NCBI GenBank assembly: GCA_951406725.2
Contig: OX597818.1
Location: 29,078,001-29,142,000 of the forward strand
Direction: 5' to 3'
Length of the DNA stretch: 64,000 nt
Origin: Octopus vulgaris
Lineage: Eukaryota
Shown: piece by piece, positions 1 to 12,070 of the stretch
Layout of the letters: each line of letters begins with the position of its first letter
Position numbering within the stretch: the first letter of the stretch is position 1
Notes under the pieces: model-generated
Database searches by the model: none
Told to the model about the DNA's origin: nothing
The model's input: only the letters and a program-made list of their open reading frames with translations
Position numbers and translations under genes: made by a program

Positions 1-276
1 AAGGGACGGTGTCCAGATCCTACCAGGGCATCAGCAATTAAAAATATGCCCTCACCAAAGAATGTGGCAACATTATAAGCATTTTGAGGTTTGGTGAATT
101 ATTACCAAAGTTACATCCCTAATGTTCATAACTTGTGAGCACCATTAAATTACCTACTAAAGAAAGGAATGAAATGGAATTTGATACAAAGATGCCAAGA
201 AGTTGTCAAACAGCTAAAAGATATATTAATGTCAGAGTTATCTTTAGCACACTATAATCTGAAAAAGGAAATTATA
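1..276 (+). pseudogene. Ty3/gypsy LTR-retrotransposon pol fragment (RT thumb / RNase H connection), degraded
   Basis: Frame 1 reads KGRCPDPTRASAIKNMPSPKNVATL*AF*GLVNYYQSYIPNVHNL*APLNYLLKKGMKWNL..CQEVVKQLKDILMSELSLAHY, the typical gypsy RT-RNaseH linker, with in-frame stops. Confidence 0.85.
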
Positions 277-507
277 AGGAAATCACAAAACATTGGCTTA
301 GTCCATAATAAAAGAAGCTATGCTTAAAAGAGACATTAATTATTCTCTTTATACACAACTCCTCAATACTATATAAATTTTCCAACACCATTTAATCTTG
401 CAAACGTAGGTTTTACTCAATATTTATGTATTATGATTCTAGATAGAGTTGAGAACCAGCTACCACACCCATTGAAGCTTTTTCTGAAAAATAAAACAAT
501 ATTTATT

Positions 508-808
508 CCAGGACCTATTCTTTGTAAGCCTAGTATTTATTCTACCAGTCTCTTTTGCTGGACCACTAAGTTACGGAGATGTAAACACACCAACATCAGT
601 TGTCAAGTGATGGTGGGGGGACAAACACAGACACACAAACATATACATATATATACAATGGGCTTCTATATATACAATGGGCTTCTTTCAGTTTCTGTCT
701 ACCAAATCCACTCACAAGGCTTTGGGCGGCCCGAGGCTATAGCAGAAAACACTTGCCCAAGATGCCATGCAGCGGGCAAGCTACTTACCACACAGCCACT
801 CCTGTGCC
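508..808 (-). mobile_element. tRNA-derived SINE (family A), partial copy
   Basis: Minus strand begins GGCACAGGAGTGGCTGTGTGGTAAGTAGCTTGC (A-box head, B-box region deleted); body matches copies at 29593-30002 and 38519-38928. Confidence 0.85.
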
Positions 809-894
809 TATACATGCATGCATACATACATACATACATGCATACATACATTCATACATACATCCATACATACATATATATATATATATATATA

Positions 895-1547
895 ATCGAA
901 ACTGGTTTCAAAGGAAAAAGACTACACATGGTATAAATAGGGGAAAAGTAAAAAGAAACAAAGAAAATACATACTAGGTATAGAAGTAATGGCTTTCTTT
1001 TATAAAAACAAAGATATATACATACAGATAAATGATTTGAGGAGGAATTAAGAAGTATAAAATCATTATTATGAGTCAATATAGAAAGTCATACCGGTTT
1101 TGTCATTGCTGTTCACTGACTTTGAATCAACACCGATTTCCAAATGATGTTGGATCTAATAGTACCCGAGTGAAAAGATTGCATGCAAGGGAGGTAAGCA
1201 GTTCTGAAAGTGATGCAATTAAGGTAGATATGATTAATAGAATATGAATGGTATATGGGATGTATGAGGATTAGTGGTATTATTAGTATTAGTAAGGTTA
1301 GTAGTGTCTGTATTAAGTTGTGTGTTCATGTTAAGTTGTGGTTGATATTAAAGTTGCCTGTTTATTTAATCTTTGCTGCACTGAGATGTTCTTGAAACAT
1401 TAATAGAGAGAGAAGATTAAGAAGTATGGTTTAAGGTTCCTAGTACATCGCTCTATGTGCTCACTGACCTGCATCTGTCTATATTGTAGGAAGCAGATTT
1501 GTTCTTTGTTAAGTGTTGTTCTTTGTCTGAGGGACATTCGTGTTTGG

Positions 1548-1556
<9 letters not shown>
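895..1556 (-). mobile_element. Penelope-like element 3' fragment (GIY-YIG C-terminal half plus terminal repeat)
   Basis: Minus strand from ~1556 reads [43 protein letters not shown], homologous to the GIY-YIG end of the PLE at 36730-38465; hammerhead-like motif downstream. Confidence 0.75.
1085..1123 (-). ncRNA. Minimal type I hammerhead ribozyme motif, G3-C8 core, G12A-decayed
   Basis: Minus strand: AAAGUCA-GUGAACA-GCAAUGAC-AAAA-CCGG-UA-UGACUUU; 7-bp stem I, palindromic CCGG stem III, GUA site; GAAA appears decayed to AAAA. Confidence 0.6.
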
Positions 1557-1591
<35 letters not shown>

Positions 1592-1611
1592 TATATATGT
1601 ATAAAGATATG

Positions 1612-1664
<53 letters not shown>

Positions 1665-1668
1665 TATG

Positions 1669-1749
<81 letters not shown>
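1550..1749. repeat. (TA)n / (GA)n microsatellite
   Basis: Direct reading. Confidence 0.95.
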
Positions 1750-1754
<5 letters not shown>

Positions 1755-1901
1755 ATATCTATATAGAAATATATTACAGATATAGGGTAAAAATTATTAA
1801 TTTAATAAAATTAACAAATTTTACCAAGTAGTTTTCAGTATGGAAAAGAACCATATTTGGTAAAAACTTATACAAAAAGTTGTTTTTATATATAATTATA
1901 A

Positions 1902-2185
1902 TAATAACTAAGGGTTTAGCAACAAGCTGCTTGACCACATACCAAAAATTTTAGAAATAGCAGCCAAAAGATTGTTATTTCTTTTTTCTACAAAATATGT
2001 CTCCACAGATAACACTTATTTGTAACTCATTTCATTATTTTTCTTCTTTTTGCCTATGTGAGTTACAAATAAGTGCTATCTGTGGAGACATATTTTGTAG
2101 AAAAAAGAAATAACAATCTTTTGGCTGCTATTTCTAAAATTTTTGGTATGTGGTCAAGCAACTTGTTGCTAAACCCTTAATTATT
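1902..2185. repeat. Long inverted repeat (~128-bp arms, ~29-bp spacer), probable PLE-type fold-back
   Basis: 1902-2029 is the near-perfect reverse complement of 2059-2185; flanked by TA-rich runs. Confidence 0.9.
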
Positions 2186-2249
2186 AATATATAGAAATAT
2201 ATATATATATAAATATATGAATATATATATAAATATATATATATGTATA

Positions 2250-2370
2250 TATATAAATATCTAAATGTATATATATATAAATATCTAAATGTATATATAT
2301 ATAAATATCTAAATGTATATATATATAAAATATCTAAATGTATATATATATCTAAATATCTAAATGTATG
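2250..2370. repeat. ~24-bp AT-rich minisatellite (ATATATATAAATATCTAAATGTAT)n
   Basis: About five tandem units visible. Confidence 0.85.
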
Positions 2371-2420
2371 TATATATATATATATATATATATATACAAG
2401 CAGTATATATATATATATAT

Positions 2421-3747
2421 ACAAGCAGTATAGCCGGGATTAAGTTAGGAGTATTAAGTTAATCAAGTTTCAAAACAAAGTAACACTGACAGGAAATATG
2501 AGCGAAATCCGTTGAAAATGTTAAACATTTGGCTGAAAATGGGTTGCAGACAATTTGATTGGAAATCCCATAAGAATCAGAGTATCGATTTTTCCACTCA
2601 TTGATTGGGTTTTTTTTTGGGGGGGGAGAGAACAAAATACGTCAAAATTGGTAAAAGTTATGGTTGAAAATAGGGTGTAGCCAATCTTAGTGGGAAATCC
2701 TATAAGGAATCGGTTTATTGATTTTTCATCCTGATTGAATGGAAAACCCTATAAGGAATCAGTTTATTGATTTTTTTTTACACCAAATAGGACTTAACCA
2801 AGCACAACATTGCTGATTCAAAAATGTCTATATTTATACTTTAAAGTTGGTTTCCACACCCAACCCAGTTCTGCAGAATCAGTGTCACGACAGGAACGCA
2901 TGGGTTGGGAGTTTGACCAGCAGAAGCAATCAGGTTGCACATGCTGGCCCTTTCAAAAACTTCTAAGGCTTCCACTTCACCCAACCCCATTTTTCGGATC
3001 CCAAAGAGGGTTTTGTAGCATTTTCGGAGGTCACAGGAATTCATTCAATGAAAAAAATTCCCAATTTTTTCCAAACAAAAATAAGGGATTTGCAGCATAT
3101 TAGAAGGTCAGGGTACTTGATTCCATGCAAAAAAAAAATCCGATTTTTATTTTTTTCCCTTAGTGAAAATCATGTGGATGAAAAGACCAATGGAGTGGGA
3201 GTAAAATTTCTGAGGCTTCCACCTTACCCCACCCTGTTTTTCAGATCCCAAAAAGGGTTTTGTAGCATATTAGGAAGTCACAGGAATTCATTTAACGAAG
3301 AAAAAAAATTTCCAATAATTCTGGGATGGGGAGCTCCCCCCTTGGCCTACCCAACTTTTTTCTGAATCAAAATAAGGGATTTGCAGCATATTACGAGGTC
3401 AGGGTACTTGATTCCATGCAAAAAAGCCGAGCTTTTTTTCTTACTGAAAATTGTGCAGGTGTTAATCTGAAAATTTACCCTTTGTTTTTCTTTTTCGCCA
3501 TTGCTAAACAGGGGACTTAACTCATGTTAGCAAACTTATGGATTTCACCAACATGGAAACTGGTAAAAGTTATGGTTGAATGTAGATTTTACAGCTATCC
3601 GCTGGTACCTTGGGAAAAGTAAGTTGACAAAAACACAGCCAGGGTCGTAACCAATTTCCTCCTAAAATTGGAGCAACATGCATGCTAATTTGTGAACGTA
3701 CAGAAATTACATTCGCATACACACACACACACACCCTACCTTTTACG

Positions 3748-3798
<51 letters not shown>

Positions 3799-4569
3799 GA
3801 AAATGTCACATTTATATTGTGTAATTCACTGACAAATTGTTACCTACCTCTTTGTTTTTTTGTTGTTAAATAAATGGATTCTCAACAAAACACTTTTTCC
3901 TCGGTGTAAAATAAAAACAAAACTCTTTCACACCCAAAGTAATGTGTGTGTATGAGAGGGGGAAGAAAGATAAACGATTAAAATAAATAAATAAGTGATT
4001 TAAAATAAATATATTTTAATTGTTGTGTGAGAAAGTATATTATAAAATATAGTGTCTTTCAAATAATTATAAAATATAGTGTCTTTCAAAAACAACCTAA
4101 ATTTGAAGACTATATCTCGTGTTTAAGAAAAAAATTTTACATTTTTATTGTTGATGAATGCTGTCTCGTACTATCTCTCCCTCACACACACTTTTTCTTT
4201 ACATTTGTTTTTGTTAAACACTGTCAAACTCCCTCTTTTTCTCTCACACACACACTTTCTATTTACATTTTTTGTTAGATGCAGTCAAACTCTCTCTCTC
4301 CCTCACACACATACACATGCACTTTCACTTCGCTATAGCAAGAAAGGGTCTTAACTCATGTTAGCAAACTTCAAAATTGGTAAACGTTAGGGTTGAAAAT
4401 CAATTTTTACGGCTATCCGTGGGTGTCTCGGGAAAAATAATTTGACAAAACCCAGCTAGGCTCGTAACGAATGTCCTAAAATTGGAGCGACATGTGTACT
4501 AATTTGTGGACATGCATAAATTACATTCACGTACACACACACAAACCTCACTTTTATAGATATACAGAT
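2421..4569 (-). mobile_element. Non-autonomous Helitron-like element with duplicated subterminal block
   Basis: Minus-strand 5' end aTCTGTATATCTATAAAAG (~4569) and 3' end CCCGGCTATACTGCTTGT (degenerate CTAG end, ~2421); homologous to 23847-25953; block 3515-3750 repeated at 4348-4560. Confidence 0.65.
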
Positions 4570-4575
4570 ATATAT

Positions 4576-4900
4576 CTCTATATATAAAACTGAAATGCGT
4601 TTTTACCGCTTGGATCGCTTTCAAGGCCACTACATCCCGTCCGATTCACTCCAAAATTTACAGGGACATGTAAAATGAGGTGACGATGCCGGTGGGCTAC
4701 CTTAGAAATCCCTATCTTAAAAGGTGTCGTTGCTAGGGGCCAAAAACCCACTTTGACAAGTCCACTCCCGTTCTTTTACGTATATGTCTTCCTCACTCAC
4801 TCACACTATTTCCTCCATTCCCCTCTAACTCCCTTTCACTTTCCCTTTATAAGTTCGTCAAACGGCGTTCTTTTATGTATCTGTCTGCATTCGTAGAGAG
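4576..4900 (+). mobile_element. Helitron-like 5' end (non-autonomous), right boundary unresolved
   Basis: aTCTCTATATATAAAACTGAAATG start followed by CCGATTCACTCCAAAATTT, a motif type common in non-autonomous Helitrons. Confidence 0.45.
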
Positions 4901-6233
4901 AATTAATCATCGCCACCAACAACACACAATCATGAGAACAAATATTATGAATCAGATATTTCTTGCGTTCATTTATATATGTGTGTGGGTGTGTGTTCTA
5001 TATATAAATATGTATATATAATGTATATATACAAAGTCTATATTTCTGTATTTATGTATATTAAACTTTTTAATACTTTTTGATAGTTACATAAAGGGAA
5101 CTGGTTGCTTCTTTACACTTTTTGTGTGCAACTTGGGTGCGAGACAGATAATTTTCTCTGTTAATTACGTGACCAACAGGGGTCTAACAGGGGGAAATTA
5201 TGCCTAAACATGAGCGCAGCGCATGTGATCATCCGACGTGCTTTGAGTCGGGAGAAGAATTGAGCTGACGCAGATGTGTTGCAAAACAAGGGAGTACACG
5301 TGCAGAACAGAGGTGCATGAGTGCAATAGGTCTTGCTAGGCTGAAATACAGTGTACAGTATTGAATATGCCAGTGATTAATGCAGTAAAGCTGAGGCTGC
5401 CAGCCAGTGCTTCAGCTATTATATGCCTCGGTCATGCAGGAACAAAAGTGTGGCATGCTGGCGCGTTGTAAGGAACAAACAACTTTCTCTATGTATGCGT
5501 GACCGACCTAGGGTCTTACAGAGATGAGTTGTGTTTACAAGGGCACATTGAGCATGGAAAACAAGCGAGAAAGGCATGTGTGGCGTATGAATGTGACAGA
5601 GATAGCATTTGTGTGTGTATTAACTATGTGTGTTCGTGTGTGCGACAAAAGTACAAACAAGGTGTATGCGGGCAAAACAAAATACAGCGCATAGGAAAAG
5701 TCTCTCAGGTATTTCAGACAAGATAGAGTTAATTTACCAGTTCGTAGTAAAGTACATAATAGCAGTTCGTTCTGTAACAGGATGTTCGGATCACAAGTGC
5801 AGATGCCGGTTGAACACATGTCGTGTAGCGGTTGTGGCTTCAATGCTGTGCCAGGTTACATTGGTACAGAAGATCTCGCAGGTAGTGCTGTGCTGTTAAC
5901 CTCGGTGAAAATCATAACAGTATGAAAGCTAAACCTGAATGAGTGCTATGTACATATTAATGTTGCTGGAGTTGAAGGCGACAGAGATGGAGACGACATG
6001 AAGTTGAGGGACGACGATGGTGATGGCGACGGCAGAGAAAGGCGACGTTGAGATGAAGGCGTCGGTGGCGTTGCTGGTGTATGTTAGCGTCGTCATTGGC
6101 TGGAGCAGGAACACGACTGGCTGGTCTGGTCGTCTGTCGCTGGAACTGGAACATGGTTGAGTAAGCTCTGTGTGGATGAAGAATGCGGCGGATTGATTGG
6201 TTCAGACTAGGTAGAAACTAGATTTTAGCTAAG

Positions 6234-6342
6234 TGTTCTATGGTCTATGACCAGAACTCGGGAAACTTGGTTGACTGTTCTATGGTCTATGACCAGAACT
6301 CGGGAAACTTGCTTGACTGTTCTATGGTCTATGACCAGAACT
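6234..6342. repeat. 42-bp tandem repeat x2.6 with internal hairpin
   Basis: Unit TGTTCTATGGTCTATGACCAGAACTCGGGAAACTTGGTTGAC starting at 6234, 6276 and 6318. Confidence 0.9.
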
Positions 6343-6785
6343 TGGGGTCACCACTGTAAAGGGAACTGGTTGCTTCTTTACACTTTTTGGGTGCAACTTG
6401 GGTGCAACACAATTTCCTTTCTTTTGTTTCTAGAAACTACCAGTCAGGAACAAAATGCAAGTTTAAAAATATATATGATTCTTTATTCTCTTATTCACAA
6501 ATGAAGCACGTTGGTATATTAGTATCCACTTAGTTCAACACAGCAAGGCTGAATTTTAACGTTTGTAAGAATCTTACAACAATTCAGCAGCAATAGAACA
6601 GGTCAAATCCTTAGCGTCTGGGACAGGAGAATAGGCTGATCACACGTTTAAAAATACGTCCTTTCTCTTCGATCACCGTGTCTCAATTCAACGACGCTAT
6701 TAAGGAACGCGGTAGAATTTCTTCCCCAGTCTCTAGCGCATGTGCATGAGGGAACTTCCTTATGCCTTTCCAGAAGGTTCCAACC

Positions 6786-6925
6786 CCGCACACGCACACT
6801 GAAGAAGGACGTTCCGCACACGCACACTGAAGAATACGTTCCGCACACACACACTGAAGAATACGTACTGCACACGCACACTGAAGAATGACGTTGTGTG
6901 TGCGCACACTGGAATATGACGTCAC
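6786..6925. repeat. ~27-bp minisatellite x5
   Basis: Unit CCGCACACGCACACTGAAGAATACGTT repeated with divergence. Confidence 0.85.
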
Positions 6926-7183
6926 TACAGTTATATATATTTTTAAACAAATTATAAATATAATTTAATAATTTTTATTTTAAATTTAAATAATTTAAAT
7001 TTTTCAATTTTATATTTTATATATTTTCTATATTATATTTTTATTTTTATGTTTTTGTTTTTGGTTTTTCACTGTTTGATTTGCCTATTAGTGGTTTTAT
7101 CTCTAATTTAATTTATACATATATATATGTATACATTTGTATATATAATGCGTGCACACACACACACACATATATATATACAC

Positions 7184-7228
<45 letters not shown>

Positions 7229-8016
7229 GTATGCATTATGTGGTCGGTCGGTTCAGCTGAAAATATGCACACCTATGTCTAAAGTGCTGGCAAGTTTGCA
7301 TGACAACAATTTTTTTCCTCAAATGAAAGGCGTGACCTCTAGGACAAAATTCCTCATCTTATAAAATGTGGCCCCAGTAGACCCGAATGAAATCGGGTTA
7401 TATTAACCAAAATGTGAAAAGGTGTCTAAATGGGGCTGGAAGGGGATTAAAATTTAAATGAGCGAGTGTTTAGGAATTCTCTGTTACATCAAGCTAAAAA
7501 ATTTGCGCCAGCCTTTTAATCGTCAATGTGTTGCTGTCCATGATGAAGAAGTTTTCAATGCTTGCCATGGTGAGTCTACTGCCGTAAGAAAGAATCACTT
7601 CAAAACTTGGTGTTTACGAATTTTCTTTTACATCAAGTTCAAAATTTTACGCCAGCCGTTAAGCTGTCAATACATTGCTGTCCGTCGTTAAGAAATGCCA
7701 GCCATGGTGACTCTACTATCCTCAGATTCTATCCCTTCAAACTTTCGTTTCCAATATTTTATTTTTTTTATTCAGCTCGCAAGTTCGTCTGTCCCTTTTG
7801 AATGTTAGCGTTTTGCTGTCTGCCTTGAAGCAGACCTTTCCGTTGCCACTGCATGATATTTGTGATTGATCTTTCTAAATAATTTATTTCTCAACTTACT
7901 CAAGATCTTTGGTTGTTTATAAATGGGAGAGAGAGAGATAAAGATAGAGAGTAAGAGAAAGCGAGAGAAAAGAAAAGTAAGAAAGTGGGAAAGTGAGAGA
8001 GAAACAAAGAGGGAGA

Positions 8017-8330
8017 ATCATCATCATCACCATCGTTTAACGTCCGTTTTCCTTGCTAGCACGGGTTGGACAGTGTGACCAGGGTCTGGGAAGTCAGGAG
8101 GCTGCACCAGGCTCCAGTCTGATCTGGCAGTGTTTCTACAGGTGGATGACCTTCCTAACGCCAACCACTCTGTGTGTGTAGTGGGTGCTTTATTCGTGCC
8201 GCCGGCACAGGTGCCAGGGGGGCTCGTAGCGTCAACGATTGGTTGGTGCTTTTTACGTGCCACCGGCAGAGAAGCCAGTCAAGGCGGCGCTGCAATCGGC
8301 CACATTCAGATGGTGCTTTTTACGTGCTGA
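8017..8330 (-). mobile_element. RTE LINE 3' UTR/tail fragment with (GAT)n end
   Basis: Same sequence as the 3' UTR of the RTE at 31582-34545. Confidence 0.85.
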
Positions 8331-8409
8331 AAGGAACCAACAGAAAGTAACAACCACACTCTTACCCGCACGTAGAGCGGGTCACCTTCAGCTAGTATAT
8401 ATATATATA

Positions 8410-8469
8410 TTGATTGATTGATTGATTCCAGTTTTAGCTTATGAGCTGTGGCCATGCTGGGGCACTGCC

Positions 8470-8470
<1 letters not shown>
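8410..8470 (-). mobile_element. CR1-group LINE 3' tail stub
   Basis: Minus strand GGCAGTGCCCCAGCATGGCCACAGCTCATAAGCTAAAAC followed by (AATC)n; matches LINE end at 43378-43415. Confidence 0.6.
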
Positions 8471-8506
<36 letters not shown>

Positions 8507-8559
8507 CATATATAAACATGTGTATATATACATATATAAAGAAAACCTTCCGTTTCGCG

Positions 8560-8863
8560 ACCGTTGCCAGCACCGCCCCGTTTCGTGTCCATTGCCAGAC
8601 TCGCCTGGCCCTCGTGCCGGTGGCACATAAAATGCACCATCCGTTCGTGGCCGTTTGCCAGCTCTGTCTGGCACCTGTGCGGGTGGCACGTAAAAAGCAC
8701 CCACTACACTCACGGAGTGGTTGGCATTAGGAAGGGCATCCAGCCGTAGAAACACTGCCAGATTTGACTGGGCCTGATGAAGCCTTCTGGCTTCACAGAC
8801 CCCAGTAGAACCGTCCAACCCATGCTAGCATGGAAAACGGACGCTAAAAGATGATGATGATGA
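8560..8863 (+). mobile_element. RTE LINE 3' UTR/tail fragment with (GAT)n end
   Basis: GTGCCGGTGGCACRTAAAA units, GGTTGGCATTAGGAAGGGCATCCAGCC motif, ends GATGATGATG. Confidence 0.85.
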
Positions 8864-8869
8864 TAAACA

Positions 8870-9026
8870 TGTGTATATATATATAAATATACATATATAA
8901 ACATGTGTATATATATATATACATATATAAATATCCATATATATATATATATATATATATATATCCATATATATATATACATATATATATATATATCCAT
9001 ATATATATATATATATATATATATCC

Positions 9027-9061
<35 letters not shown>

Positions 9062-9164
9062 TATATATATATACATATATATATATATATCCATATATAT
9101 ATATACATATATATATACATATATATATATATATTATATATATATAGATATATATATATATACA

Positions 9165-9195
<31 letters not shown>

Positions 9196-9349
9196 TATAT
9201 ATATATACATATATATATATATACACAATATATATATATATACATATATATATATACATATATATATATAAATATATATATATAATATATATATATAATA
9301 TATATATATAAATTATATAAATAATATATATACATATATATATATATAC

Positions 9350-9394
<45 letters not shown>

Positions 9395-9499
9395 CATATA
9401 TATATACACATATATATATACATATATATATACATATATATATACATATATATATATACATATATATATACATACATATATATACATATATATATATAC

Positions 9500-9558
<59 letters not shown>

Positions 9559-9589
9559 TATATACATATATATATATACATATATATAC

Positions 9590-9626
<37 letters not shown>

Positions 9627-9633
9627 TATATAC

Positions 9634-9688
<55 letters not shown>

Positions 9689-9713
9689 CATATATATATA
9701 CATATATATATAC

Positions 9714-9760
<47 letters not shown>

Positions 9761-9761
9761 C

Positions 9762-9802
<41 letters not shown>

Positions 9803-9953
9803 TATACATATATATATATATACATATATATATACATATATATACATATATATATACATATATATATATATACATATATATACATATATATATATATACA
9901 TATATATACATATATATATATACATATATATATACATATATATATATACATAC

Positions 9954-10013
<60 letters not shown>
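8870..10013. repeat. Long compound (TA)n/(TATATACA)n microsatellite
   Basis: Direct reading; source of the many Y/I-rich spurious ORFs. Confidence 0.97.
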
Positions 10014-10018
<5 letters not shown>

Positions 10019-10160
10019 GCAATAAAGATTCAAGTTAATTTAAATGAATTTACTTGAATATGGTACCTAACATAGATGCACCAAAAAACTATACTGTTTT
10101 AACAATACAATAATGTGGGGTGATTATAAGCGAGAAAGAAGCAACAAGAATGGATAGGTT

Positions 10161-10251
10161 TTTTAGTACAATCGTTTCATACAAGGACAGGCTTTATTAA
10201 AAGTTGCAAAAATTACAGCATATAAACGTGTCCTGTACTCATCAGCTAAAA
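10161..10251 (-). ncRNA. Type I hammerhead ribozyme, canonical C3-G8 core, enlarged stem II
   Basis: Minus strand: UUUUAG-CUGAUGA-GUACAGGACA...UGUCCUUGUAU-GAAA-CGAUUG-UA-CUAAAA; 6-bp stem I, ~10-bp stem II, GUA cleavage triplet. Confidence 0.85.
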
Positions 10252-10527
10252 TACATGTGAGTTCTCTAGACATCCTATTGGTTGAGGCTATACTCATGAA
10301 GTAGATAATTAAGTAACATAAACAGATTTCCAAAGTTCATTAAAGTTCTTTAAAGATGATGTACAGTCTTATCACAGAATTTTAAAAAAGTTTTAACAGC
10401 ATCACAGAGAAGGTCACCTTCTCTGTGATGCTGTTAAAACAATGGGAGTAGGGTAGAGAGCCCCAATAGCATCCCCAGCATCATTTCCCGCTATAGCAGC
10501 ACCACGGGCAGTAGCAATGACAGCACT

Positions 10528-11067
10528 TTGATAGATAGTGGAGAATCAGGGGTTATTCCTATAGTTAATAGTGACGTAGTGGAAAATAGAGTAGTAAGCG
10601 GCTGCAGGTCTCAGAACGAATATAGTGACAGGAACGCAGTTCTAATTTCAGAAACTAATCCTAGCAGAATTAGATTCACGTCGGCGAACTCCAAGATCAA
10701 AAACGCCGTCTACCAATGCAAGGTTTACACGGACTCAGATGTCTTCACTTATGTAGGGGCCTCATCCTCAAGATTGTCTTTGCGTGTCTCCAACCATTAC
10801 GCAACTTTTCGGGACATGAACAAGCGCCAGACCACGGGACTCAGTAAGCTAATATGGCGACTGAAGGATACGAACTTAAGCTACAGGCTGGAATGGTCCA
10901 TTTTGTCGGTGGCCCTCCCATTTGATAGGGGCAGAAGGCAGTGCAACCTTTGTGTCTCCGAACTCTTCCATATTTTGTTTGCCAGAGGCCGGATGGTAAA
11001 CGGGCTTTTACAGTCGGCTTTTCGATGCCCCCATTGGCGGCGTTACACTTATCTGGCTTTTAAATAG
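10528..11067 (+). pseudogene. GIY-YIG endonuclease domain of Penelope-like retroelement
   Basis: KNAVYQCKV..TYVGASSSRLSLRVSNHYATF..TGLSKLIWRLKD..LEWSIL..QCNLCVSE, the PLE GIY-YIG pattern with CxxC. Confidence 0.85.
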
Positions 11068-11531
11068 CGTTTATAAATAATACCGGCACCCATAGCCCTT
11101 GGTAACAAATTATGAAATAGCCTTTAAGATATCTACGATTAACCACTGCAAGGGGAATTACTCCTGTAAGACAAACGGGGCTTGGTTTTTTCACAGCGGG
11201 GGGTTTCCTTGACAAGGCAGGCTTAGATGAACACACACACACATAAAACATGATATATATATATTTTTTTTCTGCCACCCAACGGTTATCACGGCAGTAG
11301 CCACTGACAGCCGAACGATCAAACGCACACACGTACACAAAAAATGTTTTCTACCCCTACGCCAACACACACATATATAGAACAGTATACACACACACAC
11401 GTCTCTAAGTAGATTTTTTCTCGCCCCTTATAAAACATCCAATATTCTTTAAATAGTCAGAACTTTATTCTCGGTCACAAAGAACATCTACGCACCCTCA
11501 CCCACATGATTGACCGATGCTTGACCCGTTG

Positions 11532-11631
11532 NNNNNNNNNNNNNNNNNNNNNNNNNNNNNNNNNNNNNNNNNNNNNNNNNNNNNNNNNNNNNNNNNNNNN
11601 NNNNNNNNNNNNNNNNNNNNNNNNNNNNNNN
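11532..11631. other. Assembly gap (100 N)
   Basis: Run of N. Confidence 1.
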
Positions 11632-11790
11632 ATAGCTAACAAGGGTGGTCATCTTAGCAACTGAGGGTATGTCTGAAGGGGCCACTATGAACAGCAGTGG
11701 CCCCAAGACAGTGCCCTGTGGAACACCGCATGTTATTTGTGCTTTCTTGGAGGTGGCTCCATTGACCACAACTGCCTGCCTTCTATCTTT
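11632..11790 (-). pseudogene. CR1-group LINE RT fragment
   Basis: [28 protein letters not shown], same family type as 17100-19832. Confidence 0.8.
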
Positions 11791-12070
11791 TGTATGTGTA
11801 TGTATATATATATATGTATATGTATATATGTATATATGAATATATATATATATATGTGTATATGTATATATATGTGTATATATATATATATATGTGTATA
11901 TGTATATATGTGTGTATATGTATATATATATGTATATATGTATTTATATATGTGTATATGTCTATATATGTGTATATGTATATATATGTGTGTATATTAA
12001 TATATATGTATATATACATATATATTTGTATAAATGTATATATGTGTATATATGTATATATATATGTATA

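Larger units (their letters stand above)
10020..11460 (+). mobile_element. 5'-truncated Penelope-like element preceded by an opposite-strand hammerhead-bearing repeat
   Basis: GIY-YIG ORF on +, preceded by a minus-strand hammerhead-bearing repeat (10130-10390, second copy 52295-52575), joined through a perfect palindrome at 10390-10440. Confidence 0.7.

Noticed and set aside
8710-10033. Long Y/I/M/C-rich ORFs (also 13646-14756, 16613-17094 and others)
   Set aside because: Translations of (TA)n-type microsatellites, open in many frames; no protein signal.
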